33,786 nt of DNA from Vulcanisaeta sp. AZ3 (GTDB taxonomy: Archaea; Thermoproteota; Thermoprotei; Thermoproteales; Thermocladiaceae): the NCBI GenBank assembly GCA_000960865.2, contig JZWU02000015.1, positions 1 through 33,786 of the forward strand. Direction: 5' to 3'. Positions within the stretch are counted from its first letter, which is position 1. Each line of letters opens with the position of its first letter. The notes beneath the pieces are model-generated. The model saw only the letters and a program-made list of their open reading frames with translations, was not told where the DNA came from and did no database searches. This document shows, piece after piece, positions 1 to 8,375 of this stretch. The translations under genes were made by a program, and so were the position numbers.

Positions 1-64
1 GCGTGAGGGCGGTCCTGGTGTTCTTGATGGTATTTATGTATACGCGGCAGAGTATATGAAGTGA
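1..64 (+). CDS. 3' end of a gene entering from the left edge (…REGGPGVLDGIYVYAAEYMK*)
   Basis: Frame 2 is open from the edge to TGA at 62-64, abutting the stop of the convergent gene at 65; product not identifiable. Confidence 0.4.
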   Translation, partial: REGGPGVLDGIYVYAAEYMK

Positions 65-667
65 TTATTCTAGGTAAATGCCTGACTTCTCTAGTCTCCT
101 CTCTATGGATTCAGCATCCTCTGGGTAGTAATTAATTGCATTTCTGAGGTAATCCTTGTCAATGCTTAACCCGCCCTCTGGGTCTGCGAGTATTTCTGCG
201 ATTCTGGATAGGAATTCGTCGCCTTCCTCGCTGGCTTCCCTGGCTTTCAATACGAGTAGGTCTTCGAGTTTTATGCTTTTGATTTCGAGTCCGTCGACCT
301 TAAGCTTTGCGGCATTCCTTAGCATTTGTTCTGGTATGTATATGTCGAGTAGGTTCTCCATGAGGTCTATCCTAATTATTTGGGCGTTGACTAATATTTC
401 GTAGTACATCATCCCATTCATGTCCATACCTGCATCCCAATCATTCTCTTTGGCTATTTCCTCGAATAATTCTTGTTCTGTTACGGTTGATTTGTTTGTT
501 ATGAATAGGTCTATGTCGTGGATATTCCAGTTAATGTTATAGAGTAGGGGTAGTATTGCGCTGCCTATGAGGACGAAATCAATGTCATGCTTATTAAATT
601 CGGAACCAACCTTAATTAATGCCTTCTTTATTAATTCCACAGTCTCACTTAATTGATTCCTCCTCAT
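65..667 (-). CDS. Pol-beta-superfamily nucleotidyltransferase (DUF2204-like)
   Basis: LIGS…HDIDLF motif, a third acidic residue in RIDLM, and the 'LEDLLVLKAR' helix typical of these NTases. Confidence 0.7.
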   Translation of the reverse strand: MRRNQLSETVELIKKALIKVGSEFNKHDIDFVLIGSAILPLLYNINWNIHDIDLFITNKSTVTEQELFEEIAKENDWDAGMDMNGMMYYEILVNAQIIRIDLMENLLDIYIPEQMLRNAAKLKVDGLEIKSIKLEDLLVLKAREASEEGDEFLSRIAEILADPEGGLSIDKDYLRNAINYYPEDAESIERRLEKSGIYLE

Positions 668-705
668 GCGTAGTGTTTAAATTTACCGTTTAATTTAAGT
701 ATTTC

Positions 706-1137
706 GTGGGTGCAGTTGGTGTATCATTTAAAGCTATGGGGATAAGGTTTGATTACCTACATGCGGAGAGGCTTCAATTAATGCCGCAGCAGGTTCAGGT
801 GGCGTTTAATGTTAATCTTGTGATAGGGCCTAATGCTGTTGCTAGGGGTGACATGGTTGAGGTACCCTTTTCTCTAGTGGCTAATTCAACACCGTCGGTA
901 GTTAATATCTCGATTAGGGGTGCATTGATGCTTCAGGGTGATCCGAAGCAAGTTGATGAAATTGCCAAATCTATTAATTCGGGGAAGCCTCCTCAGTTTA
1001 TTCAGTTGATGATTGGTCAGTACGTATTCTTTGAGGTGAACCTACTCCTTAAGGAGCTTGGTATACCACCTGCAATGCCAGTGGTGCCGCAGCCTCAACA
1101 GCAACAGAAGCAAGGTGAGGGCATTATGTATGCATAG
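706..1137 (+). CDS. Hypothetical protein, possibly SecB-like fold
   Basis: 143 aa; alternating beta-strand pattern followed by helices and 'LGIPPAMP', then a Gln-rich tail. Divergent from the NTase across a 38-bp AT-rich spacer. Confidence 0.6.
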   Translation: MGAVGVSFKAMGIRFDYLHAERLQLMPQQVQVAFNVNLVIGPNAVARGDMVEVPFSLVANSTPSVVNISIRGALMLQGDPKQVDEIAKSINSGKPPQFIQLMIGQYVFFEVNLLLKELGIPPAMPVVPQPQQQQKQGEGIMYA

Positions 1138-1269
1138 CACTTACTTCCATCGTGCATTGCATCACCCTACTGAGCAAGTCATAGCATACTAATTCTCTAG
1201 TACTAATTCTAAGTCCTTAACTGAAATAAGTGAAAGCCTTGTCCTTTGGGTAGTAGGAGGAAGTAAGTA

Positions 1270-2388
1270 TTAACTTGCCTTATTGCTTTCGATTCTCTGT
1301 GTTGCCTCGTACTTCCTAAGGGCCTTTATTGTGTATTGCAGGGGATTCTTTACCCCACAGCCTAGGTTTGTTGGACATAGTCCTAGGCTATTCATTTCCT
1401 GGCATGATGGTGGCATGTAGAATTTACGCCCACCCCTAAGCCCTGCGATATGTTCAACCTGGTACCTGGTTATTTTCTCGTTGAAATCAGCTGCTGTGCT
1501 GAAGGTATTCACAACCTCCTCTATACAATCCTCTATTGGTTTTCCTTCAATGTCGTGACACCTCCTTAGCATGTAGGCGGCTAGGGCGAACCTGGCTTGG
1601 TGGCTTGGGTTTCCTCCAGTCTTTGTTTCGTTCATTATTGCCTCGATGCAGGGCGGTGTTAATCCCGTTATTTGCACCTTAAGCTCAGCCCTACTAATCA
1701 TTTTGCTCCTATACTCCTTAAGCTCTGCCATGCCTCCCAACGCGTCGACTAATTGCTCAGTCTCGTCAGCATTCTCATGAGCCTTACTAATTAATTCGAG
1801 GACCTTTGCCTCCACAACCTCCTCAATGAGTCTAGTCAGGTCTTTGTAAGTAATTAGGACCCAGCCCTTGAGTAGGTACCTATTTGTGAGCTTCCAGTAT
1901 GGGTCGTTTCTCGGCATGTATTTTAAGTAATCCCAGACCTTGACGCCTACGTCGAAGGCTAAGGCAAGTTTCTCATTGTAAATATCTAATTCTCTCAACC
2001 TCACTGCATTTATCTCGAATTCTCTGGCCATGTAGATGATGCATTCAGGGTCTTCAAGTAGTAATTTGCTTGAGAATCTCTTACTCTCTACATCGGCGAA
2101 TCTTCTCCATAGGTTTTTGTCGAGGTGTGAGGCTAGGATTATGGCTATGTAGTGAGCCAATAACTCGTCCTCATCTGGGTTCGGGTTGTCAGTTATTGAG
2201 CCTTTTGTTATGGCTTCGTTGAGTATTTCGTAGGCTCTCTTGAGTAATTGTTTGCCTGTTGGTGTGTTTGTTAGGTCGTTTATGTACATATCCCTCTTGC
2301 TGATGATCTCCATGAATCTAGAATGACCCTCCTTACTAAATGGGTACTTAACTATGAAGCTTACATAATCATTAAAGCACCTAAGCAA
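1270..2388 (-). CDS. priL: DNA primase large subunit
   Basis: KYPF N-terminus; PPCI, SHQARFAL, DFNEKITRYQVEHI, and PPSC…GLC…CGVKNPLQY Fe-S cysteines. Confidence 0.93.
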   Translation of the reverse strand: MLRCFNDYVSFIVKYPFSKEGHSRFMEIISKRDMYINDLTNTPTGKQLLKRAYEILNEAITKGSITDNPNPDEDELLAHYIAIILASHLDKNLWRRFADVESKRFSSKLLLEDPECIIYMAREFEINAVRLRELDIYNEKLALAFDVGVKVWDYLKYMPRNDPYWKLTNRYLLKGWVLITYKDLTRLIEEVVEAKVLELISKAHENADETEQLVDALGGMAELKEYRSKMISRAELKVQITGLTPPCIEAIMNETKTGGNPSHQARFALAAYMLRRCHDIEGKPIEDCIEEVVNTFSTAADFNEKITRYQVEHIAGLRGGRKFYMPPSCQEMNSLGLCPTNLGCGVKNPLQYTIKALRKYEATQRIESNKAS

Positions 2389-2476
2389 TTAACTTCACCA
2401 ATAATTAACGCCTCCGCAGACTTAATAAGTTAATATAAATGGAAAGTTATGTATTATTAACCTGCACTGTTCCTCC

Positions 2477-4009
2477 TCACATACTGTGAAGCTTATCCAT
2501 TATGAGTGCCTTGCCTAGGTCGTGAATACTACTTATCTTTATGAAGAGGCCTCCGCCTATCTTGGATAGCCTCATTAGTAATTCATCATCACTATTCTCA
2601 CCAACAGCTATTGTGGATATCGTGGCACTACCCCTCCTGAGCCTAATGGCCTCCTTAATGCACATGCTTGAATTCACAGTTCTACCGTCAGTCACGCAAA
2701 TAACATGCCTAGAGTTGCTCTTTGATCTTGTTAGGACTTCTCTAGATCTTTCGAGGGCGTTGGCCAGGTTTGTGCCTCCACCGGCGTATACGTACTTAAG
2801 CATGTAATTCATGTGCCTCCAATACCTCCTAACTTGGTGTAGGCTCCATAGTACGTCGGCTCTGAAGTTGAAGAGTATCATGGCTAGTCTATCGTTTGTT
2901 TTTGATAGGAATTGTATGTATTGGGTTATGGCATCTTTGGCTATCTCTATCTTAGGCATTCCATTGCTTAATTCCCTCATGCTTCCTGAGACGTCTAGGC
3001 ATAGGACTATGTCTATTGTTTTTACATTTGCGTACTCCTTAACCACTATGTCTCTGTTTGTGAATATTTTATGCATCATGGTTTTTCTACTTAGATTCAT
3101 GGCTGTTTTTTGTAAGTCAACATCGAAGTAATTATCACCAACTCTATACTCCCTAATACTAACCACGTATGTTGGGTATTTATCAATGTCCGTGAACCTA
3201 ACAATCTTCACCTGCCCCATACCACTCATAGCATTCCTAACCACATTCCTCAAGGCCTCAAAGACTCTCTCACCATCCCTACCCCTCCTTGCCTCTGTTG
3301 ATAATAGGCCATAGTTTCTTAGGTAGGGTTCCATTTTCTTAAGTACTTGGGTTTTCTCGATTATGTTTGCATATGGGTCTACAAACATGTTTATTAATTG
3401 AGCTAGGTTTAGGAAGTTTACGGTACCGACACCGCCATAGAGTATTTCGTATATTGTTGATATTATTGAATCAATCTTTGCATCCTTACCGTGCTCATCC
3501 GCGTTATTAACGAGTGATTTACTAATCATTAATTCCTGATTCTCCTCAGCACTATAATCTGAACCAAAACCACCACTAATACTACTACTGGCATTCGCCT
3601 CACCCTCACTCTCATTTCCCCCCATTTCACCGCCCTCCTCACCCTCATTGCTCGTATTAAAACCAACCACCTGCTGATCATTAACCTCCTCCCCACCCCC
3701 GATAGGCATTCTCTCAAGATCCTCAAAGGCCCTTCCAAAGGCTTCCTCAAGAACTCTCCTCTTGTCATCTGGGTTTACCGTCTCTACGGATAGGTATAGG
3801 TTCTCAATCCCTACCCTAGTTACTGTCTCCTTAAAGTTCTCATAATCAACACCACCCTCAAGTATTATCCTCATCATTATGTCATTGAGGGCAGACTCAA
3901 AACTCCTAACAGAGCCAGACCTAAGGACTCTGGAATCCTCCTGTAAATACTCATACACCTTACTAAGTACCTTAATTACAATCCTGCCAGGATCTACATC
4001 TGCACTCAA
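2477..4009 (-). CDS. von Willebrand factor A domain protein (MoxR partner)
   Basis: MIDAS motif LDVSGSM, GGTNL, VTDG in the C-terminal domain; acidic Gly/Glu linker near the N-terminus; directly downstream of a MoxR ATPase. Confidence 0.88.
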   Translation of the reverse strand: MSADVDPGRIVIKVLSKVYEYLQEDSRVLRSGSVRSFESALNDIMMRIILEGGVDYENFKETVTRVGIENLYLSVETVNPDDKRRVLEEAFGRAFEDLERMPIGGGEEVNDQQVVGFNTSNEGEEGGEMGGNESEGEANASSSISGGFGSDYSAEENQELMISKSLVNNADEHGKDAKIDSIISTIYEILYGGVGTVNFLNLAQLINMFVDPYANIIEKTQVLKKMEPYLRNYGLLSTEARRGRDGERVFEALRNVVRNAMSGMGQVKIVRFTDIDKYPTYVVSIREYRVGDNYFDVDLQKTAMNLSRKTMMHKIFTNRDIVVKEYANVKTIDIVLCLDVSGSMRELSNGMPKIEIAKDAITQYIQFLSKTNDRLAMILFNFRADVLWSLHQVRRYWRHMNYMLKYVYAGGGTNLANALERSREVLTRSKSNSRHVICVTDGRTVNSSMCIKEAIRLRRGSATISTIAVGENSDDELLMRLSKIGGGLFIKISSIHDLGKALIMDKLHSM

Positions 4010-4088
4010 ACCTAACCCCTTATTATGTTTGTTCGGCTTATTAAATAAACTTACTTACCTCCTATTAATAATTAATCATACAGAGTAA

Positions 4089-5090
4089 TCACCTCCTTGA
4101 ATACCTCCTATACATCATCATTGCCTCATCAAACTTACGTGAGAGATAATCCTTCTTCTCGATTTCGTTGGCGAAGTTTCCACGGATGACATTAACCATG
4201 TTACTAATAATCTCCCTCTTCAAATCATTAAGTGAAACCTCCCTACCCTCAAGCCAAGCCCTTGACATGGACGTGGTTATTGCATAAATCGCGGACCTAA
4301 TGCTTGGCCCAACCTCAATATTACTGTCCTGAGCCACGAGAGTCATGAATGTAGCCGTAACCTCTGTTAAAGCATCGGGAGCCTTCAGGCCTAGGTGCTC
4401 CATGTACATACTGCTCTTCCAGGATAGTATTGTTTTTAGGAGGTCCTTGTCTGGGTAGTTTATCTCCACAACCTTCATCCTATCTGACAAAGCCTCGCTT
4501 AATTCATAAACCCCGGAATACTCTGCTGGGTTTGATGTTGCTATTACGAGAAAGTCACTCCTAATCCTAAAGCCCCTTATGAATACGTAATGCTCCTGGA
4601 GAACTTGCAACAGCGCAGCCTGACTGTAGGGGTTTAACCTATTTATCTCATCGAGGATCAATATACCCCCGTGGGCCATCACCAGCGGTCCAGGTATGTA
4701 GGCTAGTGGGTGGTCGAGACCTGCCTGTAGTGCCACGGCTATGTCAATGTCTCCAGTGAGTTCTGTGGCTGTCATGTGGCTGTGACATGCTACCTCTATG
4801 TATGGCGGTTCAGATATGCGTAATGCATCGGCTAATGTCTCAGCCAGGGTGGTTTTTCCAATACCTACAGGTCCCATTATTAGGACATGCCTATTTACTG
4901 CGAGGCTGCTTAGTATGTCCATGGCAATGTCATTCAACCCCTTAAGCTCCTTCTCAAGTTCGCTCATTATCTTCTTAACCCCCTTGGTCCTTACCGCATC
5001 AGCCACCAACTTGCTAACATTAACCTCCTCCCTCTTAACTAAATCTGAGAGGCGTGGTAGCAATGTCGTTAAGTCTTTTCCTGATGACAT
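4089..5090 (-). CDS. MoxR-family AAA+ ATPase
   Basis: HVLIMGPVGIGKTT Walker A, LILDEINR Walker B, QAALLQVLQE, ATSNP…G.Y.LSEALSDR. Confidence 0.9.
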   Translation of the reverse strand: MSSGKDLTTLLPRLSDLVKREEVNVSKLVADAVRTKGVKKIMSELEKELKGLNDIAMDILSSLAVNRHVLIMGPVGIGKTTLAETLADALRISEPPYIEVACHSHMTATELTGDIDIAVALQAGLDHPLAYIPGPLVMAHGGILILDEINRLNPYSQAALLQVLQEHYVFIRGFRIRSDFLVIATSNPAEYSGVYELSEALSDRMKVVEINYPDKDLLKTILSWKSSMYMEHLGLKAPDALTEVTATFMTLVAQDSNIEVGPSIRSAIYAITTSMSRAWLEGREVSLNDLKREIISNMVNVIRGNFANEIEKKDYLSRKFDEAMMMYRRYSRR

Positions 5091-5227
5091 TCAATGCATA
5101 CGTAGGCATTGACCTTTAAATTTTTAGTGCCCAAACTAGATAATAAGGGTGGCAATCATGAGGGTTCTCGGTATTATCAATAAGACGTATGGAGAAAGGT
5201 ATTAATAACCTAGCCAAGAGTTGACCA

Positions 5228-5563
5228 GTGATAAACGGTAAGGTGGTTCTGGTGAAACATGGCTACTCAGATGAGGAAGATCTAAACGAATATGAGTTAA
5301 GCAGAGAAATAAGGGATCCTAAGCAACGATGGATCAATAGGATAATTAGGTCAATGAAGGACTACTACAAGAAATGCCCATACTATGATGCAAGATCTAA
5401 TGAATGCTTCATAATGTTTAACGCAGAGGAGAATAAGTGCCCAAGAGAGGGTAAGTATGAGGGATGCCCAATACTAGAGGAGTTCTTGGCAAAGAGGTAC
5501 GAGGAACTTAAGAAGAGTGGGAGGCCAATACCATACGACTTTAGAGACATAACATTATACTAA
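5228..5563 (+). CDS. Hypothetical protein with four Cys (possible metal binding)
   Basis: GTG start about 23 nt after TATTAATA; CPYY…C…CP…CP pattern; coding-like composition. Confidence 0.65.
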   Translation: MINGKVVLVKHGYSDEEDLNEYELSREIRDPKQRWINRIIRSMKDYYKKCPYYDARSNECFIMFNAEENKCPREGKYEGCPILEEFLAKRYEELKKSGRPIPYDFRDITLY

Positions 5564-5756
5564 AGTTCTCCTACGAGTATCTACGATAAAGTCCTGCGAT
5601 ATTTATCTAAGTATGGAGTTTATAATGAAGTTTTAATTTTCTTTAAGCCTCTCAACATTGTTAATGATTGATTTTTATTTCTATTAATTATGGATGGAGA
5701 TCATGACGATTAAGTAAACAAGGCTTAAATAATTCACGTTATTTATTAATAGCTCC

Positions 5757-7073
5757 GTGGATATAGAAGCAGTTGGGCCCGGCGAATCCTTAAGTATAGA
5801 TGGACCTGCCAATGTGAAGGTACTTGAGGGCAAATTGTACGTGTTGGGGGTTGAGTATGGTGTTGGTAGTTCATTCACCGTAATGAGGGGTAGGAGAGTC
5901 ATTGCAAAGTCGCTCATGAGTAGTAAGTTGGAGATTATTGTTGGTCCGGAGGGTAGTTTTGGGAGGGTTGATGGGTCGAATGAGGTTATTGATGTGTGGG
6001 ATAAGGCATTGAGTAATGTTTCGCTTAGAGGCTCTGTGGTGGTTGTGCTTGGTGCTATGGATGTGGGGAAGACCACGGTCACTACGATACTAGTTAATAA
6101 GGGAGTGAAGGAGGGGTTGAGGGTTGGGGTTATTGATGGGGATCCTGGGCAGAATGATATTGGTCCGCCAACAACTGTGTCCTCGGCAATTGCTGATGGT
6201 CTCATAACTCATCTAACTCAATTGAGGGTTTTGAGGTCTATGTTTGTTAATACTACGAGTGTTGAGCATGTTTGGGGTTATGTGCTTGACTCTATAGTGA
6301 GGCTTAGTGATGATCTTAGGGTTAAGTATGGTGCTGATGCCGTTGTAGTGAATACTGATGGTTGGGTGTCTGGGTTTGAGGCTTTGAAATTTAAGTTGGA
6401 GTTAGTGAAGCGGTTAAATGCTAATTATGTAATAGTCATTAGGAGGGAGGATGAGGCTTCTGAGTTAATACGTGGATTAGGTGATTTACGTAAGGACGTG
6501 GTGGTGTTGCCATCACCGCCAAATGCGAGGCTTAGGGATAGGGATGATAGGAAGATACGTAGGGAAATGGGGTATAGTAAGTATATAATGCCCTCGAGGG
6601 ACTTAAGCATAAATCTAAGGGAGAAGCCCATCATAAACCTACCATTGTTTAGAGGATTAACATATAATGGACATCTACTAAGCCTCATTAGAAGGTGTTT
6701 AGGTCCAGTTATGTATTTGGAGCAGTGGGGTGGTGTTGCAGTAGCCATAGGTAGCTTTAAGGATTCTCAGGTTAAGGGTTTTGGTAATGTGGCTGTTGTG
6801 CCGTTACCAATTAATTGGGAGAGGGGATTATTAGTGGCGTTAGAGGATGAGGATGATTACTTACTAACTCTTGGTGTTCTTAGGAAGATTTACTATGGCA
6901 CTGGGAAGGCTGTGATAACGGTGTCGAAGAATTTCAATGCTGAGGATAGGGTAGACCACATTAGGCTTGGTATGATAAGGCTAAACGACAATTTTGAGGA
7001 GGTAGAGAAGGCATTATTTATAGGTAGTATTGAGTCAATGCTAAAGTCACATAGTGGTATACGCCTAGCCTAG
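5757..7073 (+). CDS. Clp1/Grc3-type polynucleotide 5'-OH kinase
   Basis: GAMDVGKTT P-loop, DGDPGQ, NTDGW, lid RKIRRE; N-terminal 'GPANVKV' beta domain. Confidence 0.88.
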   Translation: MDIEAVGPGESLSIDGPANVKVLEGKLYVLGVEYGVGSSFTVMRGRRVIAKSLMSSKLEIIVGPEGSFGRVDGSNEVIDVWDKALSNVSLRGSVVVVLGAMDVGKTTVTTILVNKGVKEGLRVGVIDGDPGQNDIGPPTTVSSAIADGLITHLTQLRVLRSMFVNTTSVEHVWGYVLDSIVRLSDDLRVKYGADAVVVNTDGWVSGFEALKFKLELVKRLNANYVIVIRREDEASELIRGLGDLRKDVVVLPSPPNARLRDRDDRKIRREMGYSKYIMPSRDLSINLREKPIINLPLFRGLTYNGHLLSLIRRCLGPVMYLEQWGGVAVAIGSFKDSQVKGFGNVAVVPLPINWERGLLVALEDEDDYLLTLGVLRKIYYGTGKAVITVSKNFNAEDRVDHIRLGMIRLNDNFEEVEKALFIGSIESMLKSHSGIRLA

Positions 7074-7111
7074 AGAGAAAAATTTTTCTAGTGTAATTTT
7101 ATTGATAATTA

Positions 7112-7390
7112 ATGGTTACAAAAATTATTAAGAGAGATGGCTCTGAGGAAGACTTCATAGTGGAGAAGTTGATCGTGAGTATACTTAAGTCGGGGGCTCC
7201 AATAGACGTGGCTAGGAGGATTGCCAGAAAGATTGAATGTCAATTTTTCGATACGGATAAGGTGAGTGCTAAGGACCTGACCAAGGCGATACTCACAGAG
7301 TTAAAGAAGACTAATGAGGAGTGGTATAGAAATTGGATAGTATTCGATAGGGCCGTGAAGAGGAGATTAACTGAGAAGGAACTTGAGTGA
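7112..7390 (+). CDS. Stand-alone ATP-cone domain protein
   Basis: IIKRDGSEEDF…KLIVSILKSG ATP-cone signature; 92 aa. Confidence 0.85.
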   Translation: MVTKIIKRDGSEEDFIVEKLIVSILKSGAPIDVARRIARKIECQFFDTDKVSAKDLTKAILTELKKTNEEWYRNWIVFDRAVKRRLTEKELE

Positions 7391-7391
7391 T

Positions 7392-7742
7392 CTATAATTC
7401 TTTACCTAAAATCAAAACTACCTCCTCCTCTTTCTCTCTGCCTTTTTCTGCCTTCCTTCTCCTCTCCTCTCTTTTTCTTGGTTTTAGGCTATTTTCATAA
7501 ACCATATTTAGTATTACGATGGCTACCGTTAAAACAATCATTACTGTCAAAAGAAGAGGCACCACACCTAACGTCAATGGGCCTAGTGAGCTGGATGCGA
7601 ATAATTGATAAACACTTACCTCGCCTTGCGGGGGTAGGAAGGTGTAGCCGTATTTAATTAGTACTATGAAGTATGCAGCTAAGCCTAGCATTATTCCTGC
7701 GTATGTTAAATTAACATACTTAACAACATCGGCAAGCCTCAT
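7392..7742 (-). CDS. Small membrane protein (2 TM helices, charged C-tail)
   Basis: Two hydrophobic segments followed by a K/R/E-rich tail. Confidence 0.7.
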   Translation of the reverse strand: MRLADVVKYVNLTYAGIMLGLAAYFIVLIKYGYTFLPPQGEVSVYQLFASSSLGPLTLGVVPLLLTVMIVLTVAIVILNMVYENSLKPRKREERRRKAEKGREKEEEVVLILGKEL

Positions 7743-7754
7743 GCTAGTCCCTCT

Positions 7755-8375
7755 TTGGAAATAAAGCCTTTTAAATATGCCTCTCTCGCCAGTGATGTAA
7801 AAATGCGTAGGGTTGTTTACCTAGGTAGGCATTTAATGCTTAAGTCGAAGTATCTGGATAAGGTTGGTAATAATAGGTTCACCACGGTGAGGCTTGGTAT
7901 AATTAGGCCGAGGTATAGGGAGGTGTTTATTCATAGTGGTGGTATGGTTATTGCCAAGGCGAGGATACTGAGCACTGTGTATAAGAGGGTTTCTGAGTTA
8001 ACGGATGATGATGCTGTGGCTGATGGGTTTACTAATAGGCAGGCCTTAGTTGAGGAGTTAAGGAGGATTTATGGCGAGGTTTCTAATGATGATTGGGTTA
8101 CAATACTAACCCTAGAGGTTGTGAAATTAATTGGGCGTAAGGATGATGGGTCAGTGGGTCTCAGCCCAGTGGATATTGCGAGGCTTGCGCTTAGGTATAA
8201 TGTGCCTATGAGTGATGAGGAGAGGAGGGTTCTTGTGGAGCTTGTTAATGAGGGTAGTGTTCGTAAGGTTGCCATTAAGTTATTTAATTCATTTAGGGGT
8301 AGGTATGTGATTAGGAGGGTTGTGAGGCGGGCGTTAAAGCATTTAATGAGTATGGGTGTCATTAGTCGTGATTAG
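7755..8375 (+). CDS. ASCH/PUA-domain protein with C-terminal helix-turn-helix-like region (likely start ATG 7803)
   Basis: 'TTVRLG', 'VSELTDDDAVADGF…LVEELRRIY' ASCH pattern; C-terminal 'GSVRKVAIKL' HTH-like segment. Confidence 0.8.
   Translation: MEIKPFKYASLASDVKMRRVVYLGRHLMLKSKYLDKVGNNRFTTVRLGIIRPRYREVFIHSGGMVIAKARILSTVYKRVSELTDDDAVADGFTNRQALVEELRRIYGEVSNDDWVTILTLEVVKLIGRKDDGSVGLSPVDIARLALRYNVPMSDEERRVLVELVNEGSVRKVAIKLFNSFRGRYVIRRVVRRALKHLMSMGVISRD

Noticed and set aside
1187-1210. Direct repeat TACTAATTCT x2 between convergent genes
   Set aside because: Only two 10-nt AT-rich copies; not CRISPR-like and plausible by chance or micro-duplication.
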